The notes beneath the pieces are model-generated. The model was given only the letters and a program-made list of their open reading frames with translations. It had not been told where the DNA came from and did not search any database. The translations under genes were made by a program, and so were the position numbers. From positions 29,450,001 through 29,514,000 of the forward strand of contig NC_043020.1 in NCBI RefSeq assembly GCF_006345805.1: 64,000 nt of DNA, read 5' to 3'. The DNA is from Octopus sinensis (lineage: Eukaryota). Shown here in pieces: positions 26,330 to 41,285 of this stretch (positions are counted from its first letter, which is position 1; the number at the start of each line of letters is the position of its first letter).

Positions 26330-26620
26330 ACTAACACCAGAACAACAGGATGAGTAAAGGATAATTGCCAACAAAGGTGTGCTAACCACATTTGCCACCT
26401 TTAGAGATAAGAAGAGAGAGAAAACATCAGCAGATTTAATGAAAGAGAACACAGTCTACATAATTGAGAACAAGAAAGAAGGAACAAAAGGATGCTCACT
26501 GTGTGCCGCAGAGAAGACTTCTATACTGCAATCTACAAAAGCATCTAAAGACTATTTGAACTCCATCTGAGAATGGTTCAGCACTCACAGACATTTCTCC
26601 AAGATTTTGTCAAAGCTCCA
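26330..26620 (+). mobile_element. Penelope-like GIY-YIG C-terminal remnant
   Basis: Encodes KEGTKGCSLCAAEKTSILQSTKASKDYLNSI*EWFSTHRH, matching the PLE CxLCxxEK..IL...LN...E....CRH pattern. Confidence 0.6.
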
Positions 26621-27404
26621 GAATTACTTAAATCTTCCTCGCTGATCCTTTGTTCTGTTCCTCCTTCTTAGGATTCTAAATATTTTTTTTAACTTACAAC
26701 AAAACACTTTTATATTATAATTAAGATTTAATTAAAACTTACATATTTATTTTTAATTTACATTGTGGAGTATTTTAATTTTGAATTGCATTTGTCCTAC
26801 CTTAATTTTTTCATCTTTTACAAAATTAAATTCCACTTGAAAAGTTATATGCAGTAATTTCACTTTTTTAATTATTATTTTAATAGACTATCTCTCACTA
26901 AGAACTTCATATTCTTAGTTCTAAACTTATACACCACTTACAAGGAAAACTACCATTTTAAGAAATCCAGAAGTTATTTTCCTTGTTGGGTTTGTGCATA
27001 TGGCGCAAGAGGCCATCACTTTTAGTAATGTCAACATATAAGTAATCTATGTAGCACTTGAAAAACCCACAATGGTGAAACTGTACACTAATGGACGAGT
27101 GACAAACTTATTATAAGATTTCTGCACGGTTTCTGTCTACTAATATCTCTCTCAAGGAACTTGTCATTCTAATACTACAACAACAGTTACTCCACAACAG
27201 AATCAAACACTGAATTGTGTTTGGGAAGTAAATTCTCAACCACACAGCATCTATGTTTCATTAGTTAACAAAAAAGTTCTTAATTGTCATTTACTTTTCA
27301 AGAAATCAATACTAAAGATCTTTAATTATCCACTCCACAACCACATCACTCATATCATTTACTCACCTCCAAAATATAAACATGTGGCTTTCGTTCCAAC
27401 TTTT

Positions 27405-28385
27405 CTCTCAAGGCACTTACACTCTGTCCTGTATGTACACTGACATTACACATCCAGTGGAGCATACTGGCTTCCTTCCTTGCGAGCTTACGCATGTCCT
27501 CAGCAGTCACGGCCCATGTTTCACTTCCATGTAGCATGGTTGTTTGTACACATACGTCATACAGTCTACCTTTTACTCTGAGCGAGAGGCCCTTTGTCAC
27601 CAGCAGAGGTAAGAGCTCTCTGAACTTTGCCCAGGCTATTCTTATTCTAGCAGCTACATTTTCAGAGCATCCTCCCCCACTACTGACTTGGTCACCTAGG
27701 TAATGGAAACTACTTATAGTTTTTCTCCCTGGAATGTGGCAGAAGCTGTTCTCTGCACATTTTCAGTGTTTATTGCTCCTGAGCATCTGCCACATACAAA
27801 AACTATCTTCCCAGTTAGCCTTCTTTGATATTACTGCACCCCTTATGTGTCTATAGTTTACACTGGGTACATCTTATAGAGTTTCTACCTGCTCTTATCT
27901 ACAGATCGAGCAGGGCCATCTACCTTCCTACTTATTAGAATTTTGGTTTTAGCTAGGTTGACTCAAAGGCCCTTCGATTCTAATCCTTGCTTCCACACCT
28001 GAAACTTCTCCAGTTCTGATAGTGACTTAGCAATTAGAGCAAGGTCATCAGCATAGAGGAGCTCCCAGGGACATCCTGTCTTGAATTCCTCTGTTATTGC
28101 CTGGAGAACTATGATAAACAGGAGGAGGTTGAGGACTGAACTTTGGTGGACCCCTACCTCTACCCGGAATTCTTCACTGTACTCGTTGCCAACCCTCACC
28201 TTACTAACGGCGTCTCTGTACATGGCTTGCACAGCTCTCACTAACCATTCATCTATCCCTAGTTTCCTCATTGACCACCAGATAAGGGATCGGGGGACCC
28301 TGTCAAAAGCTTTCTCCATGTCAACGAAAGCCAGGTACAGAGGTTTATCTTTGGCTAGGTATTTCTCCTGCAGCTGTCTTACCAG
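27405..28385 (-). mobile_element. RTE-clade LINE reverse-transcriptase fragment (decayed)
   Basis: Encodes LVRQLQEKYLAKDKPLYLAFVDMEKAFDRVPR...GVHQSSVL...ELLYADDLAL (YADD), a CGRC zinc-knuckle region and KGRLYDVCVQTTMLHGSETWAV. Contains stops and frameshifts; its 5' end abuts (TA)n. Confidence 0.92.
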
Positions 28386-29031
28386 GAATATATATATATA
28401 TATATATATATATCAGGTACACACAAACACACACAATCAGCCCCTTAGATGAGCTCTGTCTATTTCTAGCAAGAAGGACCATAGGTACATCAGTAGAGGT
28501 ATGTTCTTCCCAGTCCCATACTGGGTCGATAGATAAAGCCAGGTGTGGTCCCAGGAATTTTTCAAAAGGAGGGCACAAACTCAGAAGGGAATTCAATTCC
28601 AGGAGAAAAGAGCATAACATTATTTAGAAGGGAACACTTCTTTTCCCTAGGTGGTCACATGCCCCTCAGGCTCTCCCTTGGGTCCACCTCTGAAAGTATC
28701 AGCCCAATGCCAATATTGTACGCCCCTCCCCCCTCTCTCTCTCTCTTGCTCTGCCTTTGAGCATCTGGCACCGAAGTGAAAGACTGTTTCTTCAGAGAGC
28801 TCCATGTAGTATACCCACACACGAGCATCCAACCACCTAAAGATCTTATGGAAAAGAAAATCTCAATATACGAGAGGGAAACCTTTGACTTTATTGTACC
28901 AATAAATAATATAAACTCTATTACAGAAAACATTGAGTATGCTATGGATTTTTTCTTTTTTTTTTTGCGTGTACACTAACAATTCATGTACATCCATATA
29001 TGCATTGACACATATATTCCTAGATGCACAT

Positions 29032-29080
<49 letters not shown>

Positions 29081-29237
29081 TGTATGTATGCATATATGTA
29101 TGAATATACAGAGATATTTATATTTATTTTATATAATAAATATATACACGTTTATATATATAAATATATATTGTGCATATATATATATAAATATATATAT
29201 ACTATATGTTTATGTATATATACATATAATTATTTAC

Positions 29238-29275
<38 letters not shown>

Positions 29276-29458
29276 TATATAATATTGAGCCACTGTTTCT
29301 TGGTAATTTAAAGAACTTTAACAAAATCTATAAAACCCAAATTAATATGAAGAATAAAAAAATCCAAACAGTACAAACCTTGTTTCCAAATTTTTACAGA
29401 CATACGTATACATACATACATCTATACACGCACACACATATATATACATATGTGTATG

Positions 29459-29491
<33 letters not shown>

Positions 29492-31299
29492 AATTTGACA
29501 ATTTCATGAATTATTATGAATGTACAGCATTTTAAATGCTGTAAAACCAAACCACCAGACATTTACCAGAATCCAAATTGTGTAGGTGTTATTTCGTTAA
29601 AAAAAAATTAATTTTTAAAAAAAATAAAGAAAAAGACTTTGGTAGAAATATTCAGAAAGAAACTTTTTTAAAAGTGATTATTTGTTTGTTATTTTTGTAG
29701 TGTTTTTTTTCTTTGTATTTTTTGTAAAATTCCTCAAAGAATAAAATGAAGATCATCTTTGTTTATTCCATAAGAAGTAAAAAAAAAAAGAAACAAAGAA
29801 ACAATATTTTTTTTTAATTGAACACAAAAATAAAACAATAAAAAAAAAGGAACTTCGTTTGTTAATTTGATTTTCGGAATAAAATTGCTAATATTTAAAA
29901 TGTTTTTAAATTTTAATGTTAAAGAATGAGGACATTGGTCAGAAATAATGTCCAGGCTTTTGAAAAGGAATGGTTCTTGAAGGTGACGGGAAGTGAGATC
30001 GGTATAGCTGAACGTCAAGCTTGATTCATTGGCAGAATTTCCAAACTGATACCAAAAAATATCTTCCAAGAAACACACACTCGTACTCACACACACACAC
30101 ACACACACACAAGCGTATAAATCCGTACATGCATACTCTATACTCAATGTGTAAGCAGAACAGCAAAACTATGCAAGGATTTTTTTTTATTCTTTTTCTT
30201 TAAATTCAACATTTAATTCCTTATTGTTGTTATTATGGAAATTCCAGCAATGAAGAATTATTTCTTTGTTAGAAACCAGGAAAACTAGTTCCTTCTTTAC
30301 GGGAAGAATTTGAATAATTAAAATAAATAAGACCATACCTAAATACATAAATACATACACACACAGACACACACATACACACATGCACAAGCACAAGCAC
30401 ACACACGCACCACAAACACATACACATGCTGTAAAATAATCTGTAAGTGGAACAGTGAAAATATGCAAGACTTTCCCGAATTTCAGCATTAAATGCTTCA
30501 CTATTGATGTTATGGAAATTTCAGCGATGAAGATTTCTATTTCTGTGTTAAAAATCATCTCCTTCTTTATCAGAAGAATTCAAAGAACTTTTTTTTTTTT
30601 AAAAAGTGATAATATACATGCATGCACGAATATTCACTCAGAAACTCAAGAAATAAGCAGAGATGGATGTTTGTGTGAAGTTTAATTTGAAACGAATAAA
30701 GGCTGTCATAGGAATAAGAAGAGCAAAAAGGTGGAAAGAGGAAGACCTGGTCTGTGTAGTGATGGTCAGCTGTTTTGATTGTATGAAGATCAGTTAAAAA
30801 AGGCCATCTTTGTAAGCACAGCAAAGAGAGGTAAGAGCAGGGGTTGTTCTGTGGAGGGGTGAGCAGCACTTTCATTGGGTGAATGATGAATTTAAAGGCT
30901 GTCACAGCAAGAACAGTGTGTCTGTGTGTGGTGTGTGTTTTTGAGTGCAGTATGTTTGCAGAAGCATAGTGTGTCCTGGTAAGAGACAGTGATACGACTG
31001 CCTAGGAAAAACAGTCTGTAATAGAAATCTCAATATGAAGGGAGACAATATCACAGCATTGTGATCACACACAATGACAGGTTTGACGATGGCTGTCACT
31101 GCGAAGGGAGACAATTTGACGGTGAGGTTAGCTCTTTAATAACAAAGTCATAAATATGGCATTCTTCATCTTTCTTTTTTTTTTTTGTCATTGCATTTTG
31201 TAACAATATCAACAAATCAATGAAAACAAAAAACAAAAGAAACAACTACAACATGACAACTCCATCGTTTCACAAACCAGCAAGGGAGCCATCATTATG

Positions 31300-31500
31300 T
31301 GGTCACTTGACCTACAAGAAATAGCAGCCAGATCTGTTCCAAATCATACCCAACCGTCTTAAGAAAAGGATACATTGGATAATGTAGCTCAAACAGGGAG
31401 AGGGTACAATAACACTGAAGGAAAAAGATGGGATGGTCATAACTGGAAAGCTTTTGAGAGTAAGTCTGCTTGATAAGGGTTGACCTGGGGTTAAACAACA
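31300..31500 (+). mobile_element. Interspersed SINE-like family (gaaatagcagccaaatc...ggataatg...gacctggggctaaacaacaac)
   Basis: The same motifs recur at about 45160, 54550-54750, 55500-55660, 55820-56050, 57920-58060 and 60620-60710. Confidence 0.7.
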
Positions 31501-31735
31501 ACTTCATTACTTCATACTTGATGTTTAGGACAAAAAGAAAAAAAATGGATCAATATATAAAAAACAACACACACACACACATACATACATATATATATAT
31601 ACATGCATACATATTTGTACATGCATACATATACACATACATGTATATATATATATGTACATACATATACACATACATATATATATATATACATATTTGT
31701 ACATGCATACATTCATACATACATATACACATACA

Positions 31736-31766
<31 letters not shown>

Positions 31767-31828
31767 CACATACATATATATATATATATATACACATACA
31801 TACATATATATATATATACACATACATG

Positions 31829-31872
<44 letters not shown>

Positions 31873-31929
31873 CACATACATACATATATATACATATTTG
31901 TACATGCATACATTTATACATACATATAC

Positions 31930-31960
<31 letters not shown>

Positions 31961-32000
31961 ATATATATATATATACATATATATATATACACATACATGC

Positions 32001-32046
<46 letters not shown>

Positions 32047-32063
32047 GGGGAGAGAGAGAGAGT

Positions 32064-32111
<48 letters not shown>

Positions 32112-35100
32112 AGTGAACAAACAAAAAAGTACTCAACACATTTAGTAGGAGTTACACGTATTATTTAGAACAGTTTTGATTCAGTTGCATTCAACTTAAA
32201 AGTTCCCTTTGACTGTCAGAGGCCTGTGAAACTTTAAGTCGCTCGGAACCGAGCCAAACTGTTCTGAATAATACATTTACATACATAAATGCCACTGCAT
32301 TGTGTAGGGGTAGAGAAATTAAAACAATTTGAAAATACCAGAAATTGGGGGGGGGGTTGCAATAGGCATTGAAACCACAAATATTAATACAATAAAAAAA
32401 AAATTAATTAATAACGATAATTTGATACAAATGTTAAAGATCACAGATTTTCAGGGGTTTGGGGTTTTTTTGTCTGTGTTTTTTGGGGGGAGGGAGGGGT
32501 GATGTAGTCAACTATATCGACCCCTGTACTTGACCAATACTTTATTTTATCAGCCCCATAATAATGAAAGATAAAGCCAGCTTTAGTGTGATTTGAACTT
32601 AAAGTCGCATAATTACCAAAGCCATTTGCGTCTGTTGCTCTCACAATTTGGACAATTAAACGTAGAGTGATGGCAATAAAAATTCCTTTTATTTGGCCGG
32701 AGGGCAAAGCTTCCAGCAGACAGGATGAGTCAATTCTATCGACACCCTTCTGCAGTATTTTCCCGAGCCAGATGCGCATGATCCCAGTTTGCCGGATTCT
32801 GTGGCGTATATGTCCCGTTCCCCTGGATGGGAAGCTAATCCATCGCAGAATTACTCATTTTGGCCAGATGGGTGGATTGGAACAGCATGAAATGAAGTGT
32901 TTGGCCCAAGAGCACAACACATCGCCCAGTCCAAGAATCGAACCCACAATCTTATGATCAGGAGTGCAACACCCTAACCACTGAGCCGATCCGGGAAGGA
33001 TAAAAGAGTCAGGCAACAACAAAGCCAAACTGATACAGGATAAACACCACAAGGTATTTTGCCAGACACTCTTATGATTTTGCCTGCAAATTTGAGGAGA
33101 GGGAGGGTTAGGTGATCCCATCAACCCCCAATTCTTGACTGGTGTTTTTAGTATATCAACCATACACCCCACCTTCACCAATGGGATAAAGAAACCATGA
33201 TGACCTCAGCCAGATTTGAACTCAGAATGCAAAGAGCAAGAACAAATGTCATAATTAACAATTCTGCAAATCCAACACTCTAAATAATAATAATAATAAT
33301 AATAATCTTTTCTACTGGAAGCACAAGGCCTCAAATTTGGGGGAAGAGATTAAGTCAGTTACAACGACCCCAGTGCATAACTGGTACTTATTTAAGCGAC
33401 CTCCCTGGCAGGATTTAATCTCAGAATATGGAGAACTTGAAGAAATGTGGCTAAGCATATTTTTTTCTCGTGCGATAACGACTCTGTCAGTTTGCCACCT
33501 TATTAATTAATTAATTATAATGATAAATCTTTTTTTTCTTTTTGCTTTAAATTTCACACCCAAAAATGAAAGATTTTTATTGGTTTAACTTCAAGAATTT
33601 TTAAGACAAGGAATTTGGTGTCGAAGTTAATTAGCTCTTTAGCATTCAGATGAATCTGTCAAGTATAAGACTTGGATAATTTCACATTGTTTTGAATTTA
33701 CCATACATTGTCTTGGAGCTTTGAGATTTCAATGATGTGATTGTTTACTTTAAGAATGACATTGTAGGGGAGGTGTGAGAGGTCCGATCTGGCTGGTTTG
33801 AACATAAAACAATATTTGGGCTAGTTATGGCTGGTTCAAATGCCAGAAGGTTAAATCGAATCCGGTGCTTGACTGGGTCTTTCTTTAATCAAAATTCCCC
33901 ATGGCAAGATTTGAACACAGAACATAAGGAAATGAAATGAAATAATACAAGGCATTTTGCTTGATACCCTAATGGTTCTGCCATTTCACCAGACCAACAA
34001 CAGCAACAATAACAACTTCAACAATAATAAATAATATTAAAAACAGTAGGTTTAACAGCAGCACATGAGCAGAAATGGTAACTTATGGAAGTTAAAGCAA
34101 ATTTAGGAATAACTTGAAAACTCTCTCAATGCTAAAGGATCTCAGAGCAAGGTGCCAATGAGAAATTTAGCTCACAAGACTACAAAGCCAAGATTATAAA
34201 TGTCAAAACCCAAAAGAGAAAAAGAAACAAGAAATTATATTATCTTTAAGTTACTGTCTAGTTTTTAACCCTTTCACAGTGAAATAAAATTTCATTGTTA
34301 TTCCGGGAATAATGTTAATATCTACCAAAAAAAAAAATAGTAATATTTTCTGCAAATTATGGCTCAATAAAGTTGATGTGTGTTAACAGAAAATAGTTCC
34401 AACCATGACATTCCTCAACAAAAGATCAATTTGTATACAAAACTGTTTTTCACAGTTAAGGGAAATGAAATGTGGATATATTTTTGATTTCCACAGGAAA
34501 AGGATTAAAAAAACTTTCAAGATCTTGATGGGAAATTGTTTAAATAAATGATTAAAAAATTCTATTGATTTACCTGAATTCTTAAATCTATTCTTTCTTA
34601 ATAAAAAAAATGAACTGAAAAAATTAAAAAGAAATAATATTTTAAATTAATCACACCAGAATGGCTTGCCTGTAACAACATGTTTCTCCAAACACCTAGA
34701 TTATTTTCTTTCTTATATTTGGAAAAGGGAATCTTTCCCGAAATATTATAAAAACATTAAATATTATAGGTCATTAAAGTAATACAATATCTTCTTTTTG
34801 TTATGCATTTATTAACATTCCCTTATATATTTTAACTTCTCAACTGCATTTCCCAAAATCTTTTTTTTTTAAATAAATCTTTAAAACATGTCAATGCTTC
34901 AAGTCACAATAATTTTAAAATAGCTTTGTCGTCTTATTTCTTTTTTGATATTTTTATTTAGAAAGTTTTAAAATATGCGAAGTATTTCAATAATTTAAAC
35001 TGTGAAAGAAGCTCAAGCACAGCTCTATGAGTAAGAAGTTTGCTTTGCTACTCCCTGGTTTTGAGTTCAGTCCCACTGCATGGCACTTTGGGCAAGCATC

Positions 35101-37303
35101 TGCTACTACATCCCTAGACTGACCAATACCTTGTGAATTTGGTAGATGGAAAACCCATCGTGTGTGTGTGTGTGTGTGTTTACGTTTGTCCCCCATTTAC
35201 CGCTTGACAACCAGTGTTGGTTTGTTTCTGTTCATACACCCTTATAGCTTAGTGATTCAGCAAAGAGAGAACTATAAAATAAGTACTAGACTTAAAAAAT
35301 AAGTACCAGGATGGATTTGTGCCACCCTTCAACCGTCCAAGGTGGTACCCCCGTGTGCCTGAATGACTGAAACAAGTTAAAGATAAAAGATGAAGATAGA
35401 GAAATGGTTTCCTGACCAGAAAAGAATGCAACAAGTCTTCAAGTCTTTCAGGCTTTATCAAAAAAGCAATTGTGAAATGTAGGAAGCAGACTCTTTTCTG
35501 ACTCAACCTACAACATTAATTAGAATACAACTTAACCCTTTCATGACCAACCCAGCTGAAACCGGTCCTGGCTCTGTTAGTACAAATGTCATGTTTTCAT
35601 AAGTTTTGAGTTAAAATCTTCCACCAAACCTTAGTCACAATTTATGTTCCTAACACTAGCTTAATGATAACTAAGTTATTTTACTAAATTCTTTGTTATA
35701 TTTAAAATTAATTGAAAGAAACACAGAGCATCTCAACAGAAATATGGTAACAAAAGGGTTAAAGTCCCTGCAATGATACGGCAGGAATAATTCTAGCAGC
35801 TCCAGTTTTACTTTAGAATTGCTAAATCAGATATTCCCTGCAGATTTTAGAAATACCGAAATACGAGGAATAGGGAATATTAAGCATAAGCTTTGATTAA
35901 GTTTTATATCAAACGATAAGTTTGAGTTCAGAGGAAAGAATTCCATTTACGACTGCACAACTGTTTCTGATACAAAATCATAGATCAATTCAGACAATAA
36001 ATTTCAGATATAAAATGTAGGCCTCTCGTGGGATTAAGAGTTTTAACTATTTTCCTACTAATCCACCTGAGACTGTTCCTGGCCTCATGATACAAATTTC
36101 TTGGTTTAAGGTAATCCAAATTAAAACTTTCTTATTCATTTATGTTCCAAACACTAATTTGATAATGACAAAAGTTTAATTAAATTCTTTATTATTTTAA
36201 AATGTAATTGAAAAAGAGAAAGGAAAGTTCAACAGAAATGTGGTAACGAAGGAGTTTAATGATACAAAATATCATTATTTTTAACAGCATAAATTGTTAT
36301 AAAACAAAAGAGTTTAAAAAAATACAGTTAAACAGATTAATTCATTTTAAATGCTTTTTCTAGAAGAAAAGTTATTGATTGTGAAAGCCAATCTCCCTGG
36401 ATCAAAATTGTCCCCAAGAAAATCTTCAAAACATTCTGTTGCCCACTTTTAAGGAAATGCAAGGAATGAATCAAGAATGAATTATTGTTTTCTATCCTAA
36501 TCTCTTAAAAGATGTGATGGATTATCAAACGGATTAAATGTTTAGGATTGTCATGAATTTGAGTGTACCCAACAGTATTTATGTCTTGATAATTGCAAAT
36601 GCTTACTTAGCCCATGTGATGCAGCGAGCAATAGGGAAAACCGAAGCTCTGAAGAGGAATAAGCGAAAGGAGAAACTCAAGCTTAGATTGAAAATGAAAT
36701 AATTTCTTAAATAACTATTTTAGACATTTCTTTTTGACCTTTTATTTTATAAATCACGCATTTTGCAAAGTGAACAATAGCACTGATGTCTATAGGTTTC
36801 TAATGAGCCAATCATTGTTTCACTGCATTTACAAAGACAAGAATGACAAGGGAGAGCCTGAGGAACTTGGGTGGAACAAATACCATGGAGTAATTTTTTT
36901 GACTGAATCATCAATTTCTGAGCAGTTTCATACTAACATGCAATTTTCTAGACCCAAGGGAAAACGATCACACAATATCAATGTATGGTGTACCATAAGC
37001 AACAAAACCAACATAAACCAAGAAACCAAGAGCCCCACATGGATGCATGTAGTAATACATGTAGTACATACATACATGTATCTGAAGGCATGTGGCCTAG
37101 CAGTTGGGGCATTGAACAATCACTTCTGCAATAACTTCAACATTTGACATGTGGCACATGGTGCACCTTTTAATTTGATGGAGGGGAGTGGATGAGCTAA
37201 TGTACCACATGAGCATTTGATCACTGTAAACACATCATCTGTGCAAGCTGTTCAATAAGAAGTTGCAGAACCCTCATCTCTCATTTACAACAGGAGTGTC
37301 CAC

Positions 37304-37345
<42 letters not shown>

Positions 37346-37596
37346 GTATGTATGTGCATAAATAGAGGACGAAGCGAGGAGCCAGTGTTCTAGCTTCACT
37401 CATGGGGCACTTGTCTACCCTGTCAGTCCATATCTGCTTTTAATACCCACATTCACAATTAGCGACAACTAAACTTTTCTATAGGGCTTTGTACTGCAGC
37501 TAGCTGCTTAAGGTAATTTATATACATACATACATATATATATGAATAAATATATATATAGATAGATATATATCTATATCTATAGAAATATATGTG

Positions 37597-37641
<45 letters not shown>

Positions 37642-39616
37642 ATATATGCATACACACACATATATATATATATAATATATATATGCATACACACACATAT
37701 ACATATATATACACACATACACACAGTGAATTGAGTAAAATGTTAAAGTTAAGCATTGCTGAAACTTAATGGCACAGATGTACAAAATGTGTCAAAGTAA
37801 TTATAAGCAGCCTAATGATTATGGATTAGCCATTCACATAGACATCCACACACTGTTTCCATCTACCAAATTTCACTCTCAATGGCATCAGTCAACTCAG
37901 TGCTATGGTAGAAGATACTTGCTCAAGGTACCATGCATCCAACCCAGAACCTGTCTGATAGGGAGACAGACTTCCAAGCCACACACCTATGTCTTTGTCG
38001 ATTTACCAATATGATTAAAAAATAAATTTTGCATTGCATATTTATTTCCAAGTTGTTAGATTTTATTTAAAGATTTGATATATTTAAATAATGTTTTTTT
38101 AAATATTCATCAGATCTATGAACAGAATCTGATAGAGAGATAATTTTGTAACTCCCACACAGATATGAGATGGGTTTAAAAAAAAACAATAGCAAAAGAA
38201 AATTTTTTTTTAAATTATTTCAGCATTTTCATTGTTATTATCCCAAGCCATTCCAAAGGTGTGAGACATTTTGGCACAGCCCTCTTGGTGCTACTTATTT
38301 GGCATGGCTGATACGACGCCAAATAGAAATCTGGCACTTTAATGCTTCTTGTTCTAATATTTCTCTCTTTCCCTTTCCCTTTCTCTCTGTTTATATAAAA
38401 GGTAACACCCAACACCAGGTAGGCCCATGGCCTGTCAGCCGAGAAGTTCTCGTCCATCCCAAGGCCTTCTGTTTGTTTTGTCAGCAGGTCCACCATTCAT
38501 CGCTGGATTGCCAGGCCTGTCACAGCTTCACCATATTACTCATTTCATATCAGCTGACTGGAGCAGGGCAACGTGAAATGAAGTGTCTTGCTCAAGAACA
38601 CAATTCATCGCCCAGTCTAGGAATTGAACCTATAATTTTACAATTATGAGTGCAACATTGCAACCACCAGGCCACATGCCTCTACCTGTGTTTATGTGTA
38701 TGTAATCACATTTCTCTACACACGTAGGAAGAGAAATAAAGTGTTTATATCAACCATTCCCAATCAATAAATTGTAATGTCTGTCTGTCTGTCTTTCTAT
38801 CATTATCTTCCTATCTGCACACGTGTGCCTGTATGTGTGTGTGTGGGTGTGCATGTGTGTTCCCTTCTAGTGCCAAAAAGTACTACCACCAAAACATACT
38901 AAGCGTCCAGCCAGTGATGCCAAGTTGTCAGCATCCAAAACACACCTGTGCCAAAACCACCTTGTTCCGCCATTCCCCGACGCTACTGTTAAACGAAGAT
39001 CCAATGAATTTCTATTAAAATTTTGCAATAACAACAAATTGGTGCAACGAAATTTGTGTAAAGTTTAAAACAAGCTGAGTTTGCTGCAGCATGGCAAAAC
39101 GGAAGTGTTTGGTTAGTCAACGTCGTATGAAAATAAAATCTTCCACCAACACCAACCCGGAAGAAGCCAATGGTTGACTCTTTCGATACTCACCTTCTAA
39201 GCTTAAAAAATTTTGAGAATCTGATAAGAGGGAGGGGGGAGTTTTTATAAGAAAAAGGGAAAAAAATAGTTTATACAAACACAAGCATTTATACATCTCC
39301 ATATATATATATACATATATATACACATATATAGATAGAGAGATAGATAGATAAATATATATAAATAATATATACATACATACATACATGTATACATATA
39401 TATATATAAATAATATATACATACATACATACATGTATACATATATATATATAAAGAGATAAATATATATAAATAATACATGTATACATATATATATACA
39501 TATAGATAGATAAATATATATAAATAATATATATATATATATATACACATACATACATGTATACATATATATGTGTGTGTATATAATATATGTATGATTC
39601 TCTCTCTCTCTCTCTC

Positions 39617-39698
<82 letters not shown>

Positions 39699-40032
39699 TA
39701 ATATATATAAACATATATGTTTCTAAGTTTGCATACACATATTCATATACATTCATAGATATATAGATATATCTTTATTAGCTTATATATACCTACACAC
39801 ATCATATATATATATAAACACACACACACACACACACACATGTTCACACACACACAAGCACAGGTATACACAAACACACACAGACCTACACATACACTCA
39901 TGACATTCTTTGTGAATAAATATAATTTTATATAAAATAAAAAAAGAAACAGGAACGCAGGTGATTTGTCTAAACGGAGGGAATAAATTGGAAAAAGATA
40001 TTAATGATTTTAAAGTTGAACATGGAAGTGAG

Positions 40033-40189
40033 CTATTGTGGGTCTCCCACAGTGTCTGCCAGTCCTACTAGATAACCCTTTAACTGAGAGTCATATTCAG
40101 TGCTGTCTGGCTTTTCGGTAAGAACCCATGTGTCATCAGCGCCTTGGACATTGGCACGACATACTGGACAAGTTCTGTGCAAAATATTC
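40033..40189 (-). CDS. RNF141: RNF141 last coding exon (RING C-terminal half, stop TAG 40035-40033)
   Basis: Acceptor tctttttgcag. Encodes (W)NILHRTCPVCRANVQGADDTWVLTEKPDSTEYDSQLKGYLVGLADTVGDPQ*, completing C-x2-C-x10-C-x-H-x2-C-x2-C-x10-C-x2-C. Total protein is 233 aa. A candidate AATAAA lies at 39779-39774. Confidence 0.94.
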
Positions 40190-40508
40190 CTGCAAAAAGA
40201 AAGAAAACAAACAAATTTAATGTCTCAGTCTGTGAAGTTAAAAAATGATTGAAGGATGATGGAACAAGAATTTATTTGGTATGAAGCATGTCGTATGATT
40301 GCTTCCAACTCGGATTAGTTTGTCTACAAGACTAACAGCAGAAGCACATATCTCTCTCTCACACACACAAAATCATCATCATCATCATTCCTCCATGTGT
40401 TTTTCCATGTTCACATGGATTAGCACACAAATGATTTATACGTAAAGCGCACTGCTAACACACTAGAACGCAGTATTGCCTAATAAATACGTTTAATATA
40501 CTTTATAG

Positions 40509-40801
40509 CAGTGGTTCCCAAGGTGGGTGGTACCGCCCCCTGGGGTGAGGGTGAAAAGATCCAGTGGGGGCATTGAAGGAAAATGGGGCAATAATGGGGT
40601 AACCAAAACGGGGTAATGGATGTAAAAAAAACAAACAAACAAAATAAAGGGTTAATTAAGTTGAGTTGTATTTGTGAAATACTGTTGTTTTGAACTTGCT
40701 GCAGAAAAATGGTTTATGTCTGTGATGGTGAGTGGTGGGGGCTCTAGGAACATGGCCTTAGAACCAAGGGGGTGGAAGCCTGAGAAAGTTTGGAACCGCT
40801 G
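40509..40801. mobile_element. hAT (Buster/Charlie-type) MITE in the last RNF141 intron
   Basis: TIRs CAGTGGTTCCCA / TGGAACCGCTG; perfect 8-bp TSD CTTTATAG at 40501-40508 and 40802-40809. Confidence 0.92.
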
Positions 40802-41109
40802 CTTTATAGTATATTATGGTTGCATAACGAAATACCACCTGCCTACAAGTCATTAGTACAATACGTAAACTCTCATGAGGTGCAACCCACATGGCCAAGT
40901 CCTATCCAGAGTTTTCTAATCTCACCTCAATTCATATTGGAAACCATTCTCCAGCCTTCAGTGCAGTAACAACAACAACAACATCAATGGCAACAGTAAA
41001 GAGCAGTCACTAAATACCTCAGTGGCATTTTGTACACTGCGTGGTCAGTCCACATCACTCTGTAAGGAGCACACGGCCAGTTTCCTGGTTTCTTTGGTGC
41101 ACATATTTT

Positions 41110-41285
41110 TGTCTCCCCTGGATAGGATGCTAGTCCATTGTAGGCTTACTCACTTCGGCAAGCTGAGTGAACTGGAGCAATGTGAAATGAAGTGTTTTAC
41201 CCAAGGACACAACACATCGCCTGGTCCAGGAACTGAAACCACAATCTGTCAATCGTGAGTCCAACACCCTAACCACTACGCCACG
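41110..41285 (-). mobile_element. tRNA-derived SINE (actggagcaatgtgaaatgaagtg...aaggacacaac family)
   Basis: Copies of the same family lie at about 12600, 25720-25915, 32815-32990 and 38545-38690; the reverse strand carries a tRNA-like head. Confidence 0.75.

Noticed and set aside
26560-26690. Minus-strand peptide EQRISEEDL resembling the MYC epitope
   Set aside because: It is a short chance match; the opposite strand is a Penelope GIY-YIG remnant, and no bHLH-Zip is present.
31445-31490. Apparent minus-strand terminal exon (ccccag|[15 protein letters not shown])
   Set aside because: It lies inside a dispersed SINE-like family that recurs several times in the window.
38410-38545. IBR/zinc-finger-like FCLFCQQVHHSSLDC on the plus strand
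   Set aside because: The opposite strand reads like an RTE-type LINE C-terminus adjacent to a SINE, and there is no supporting exon structure.
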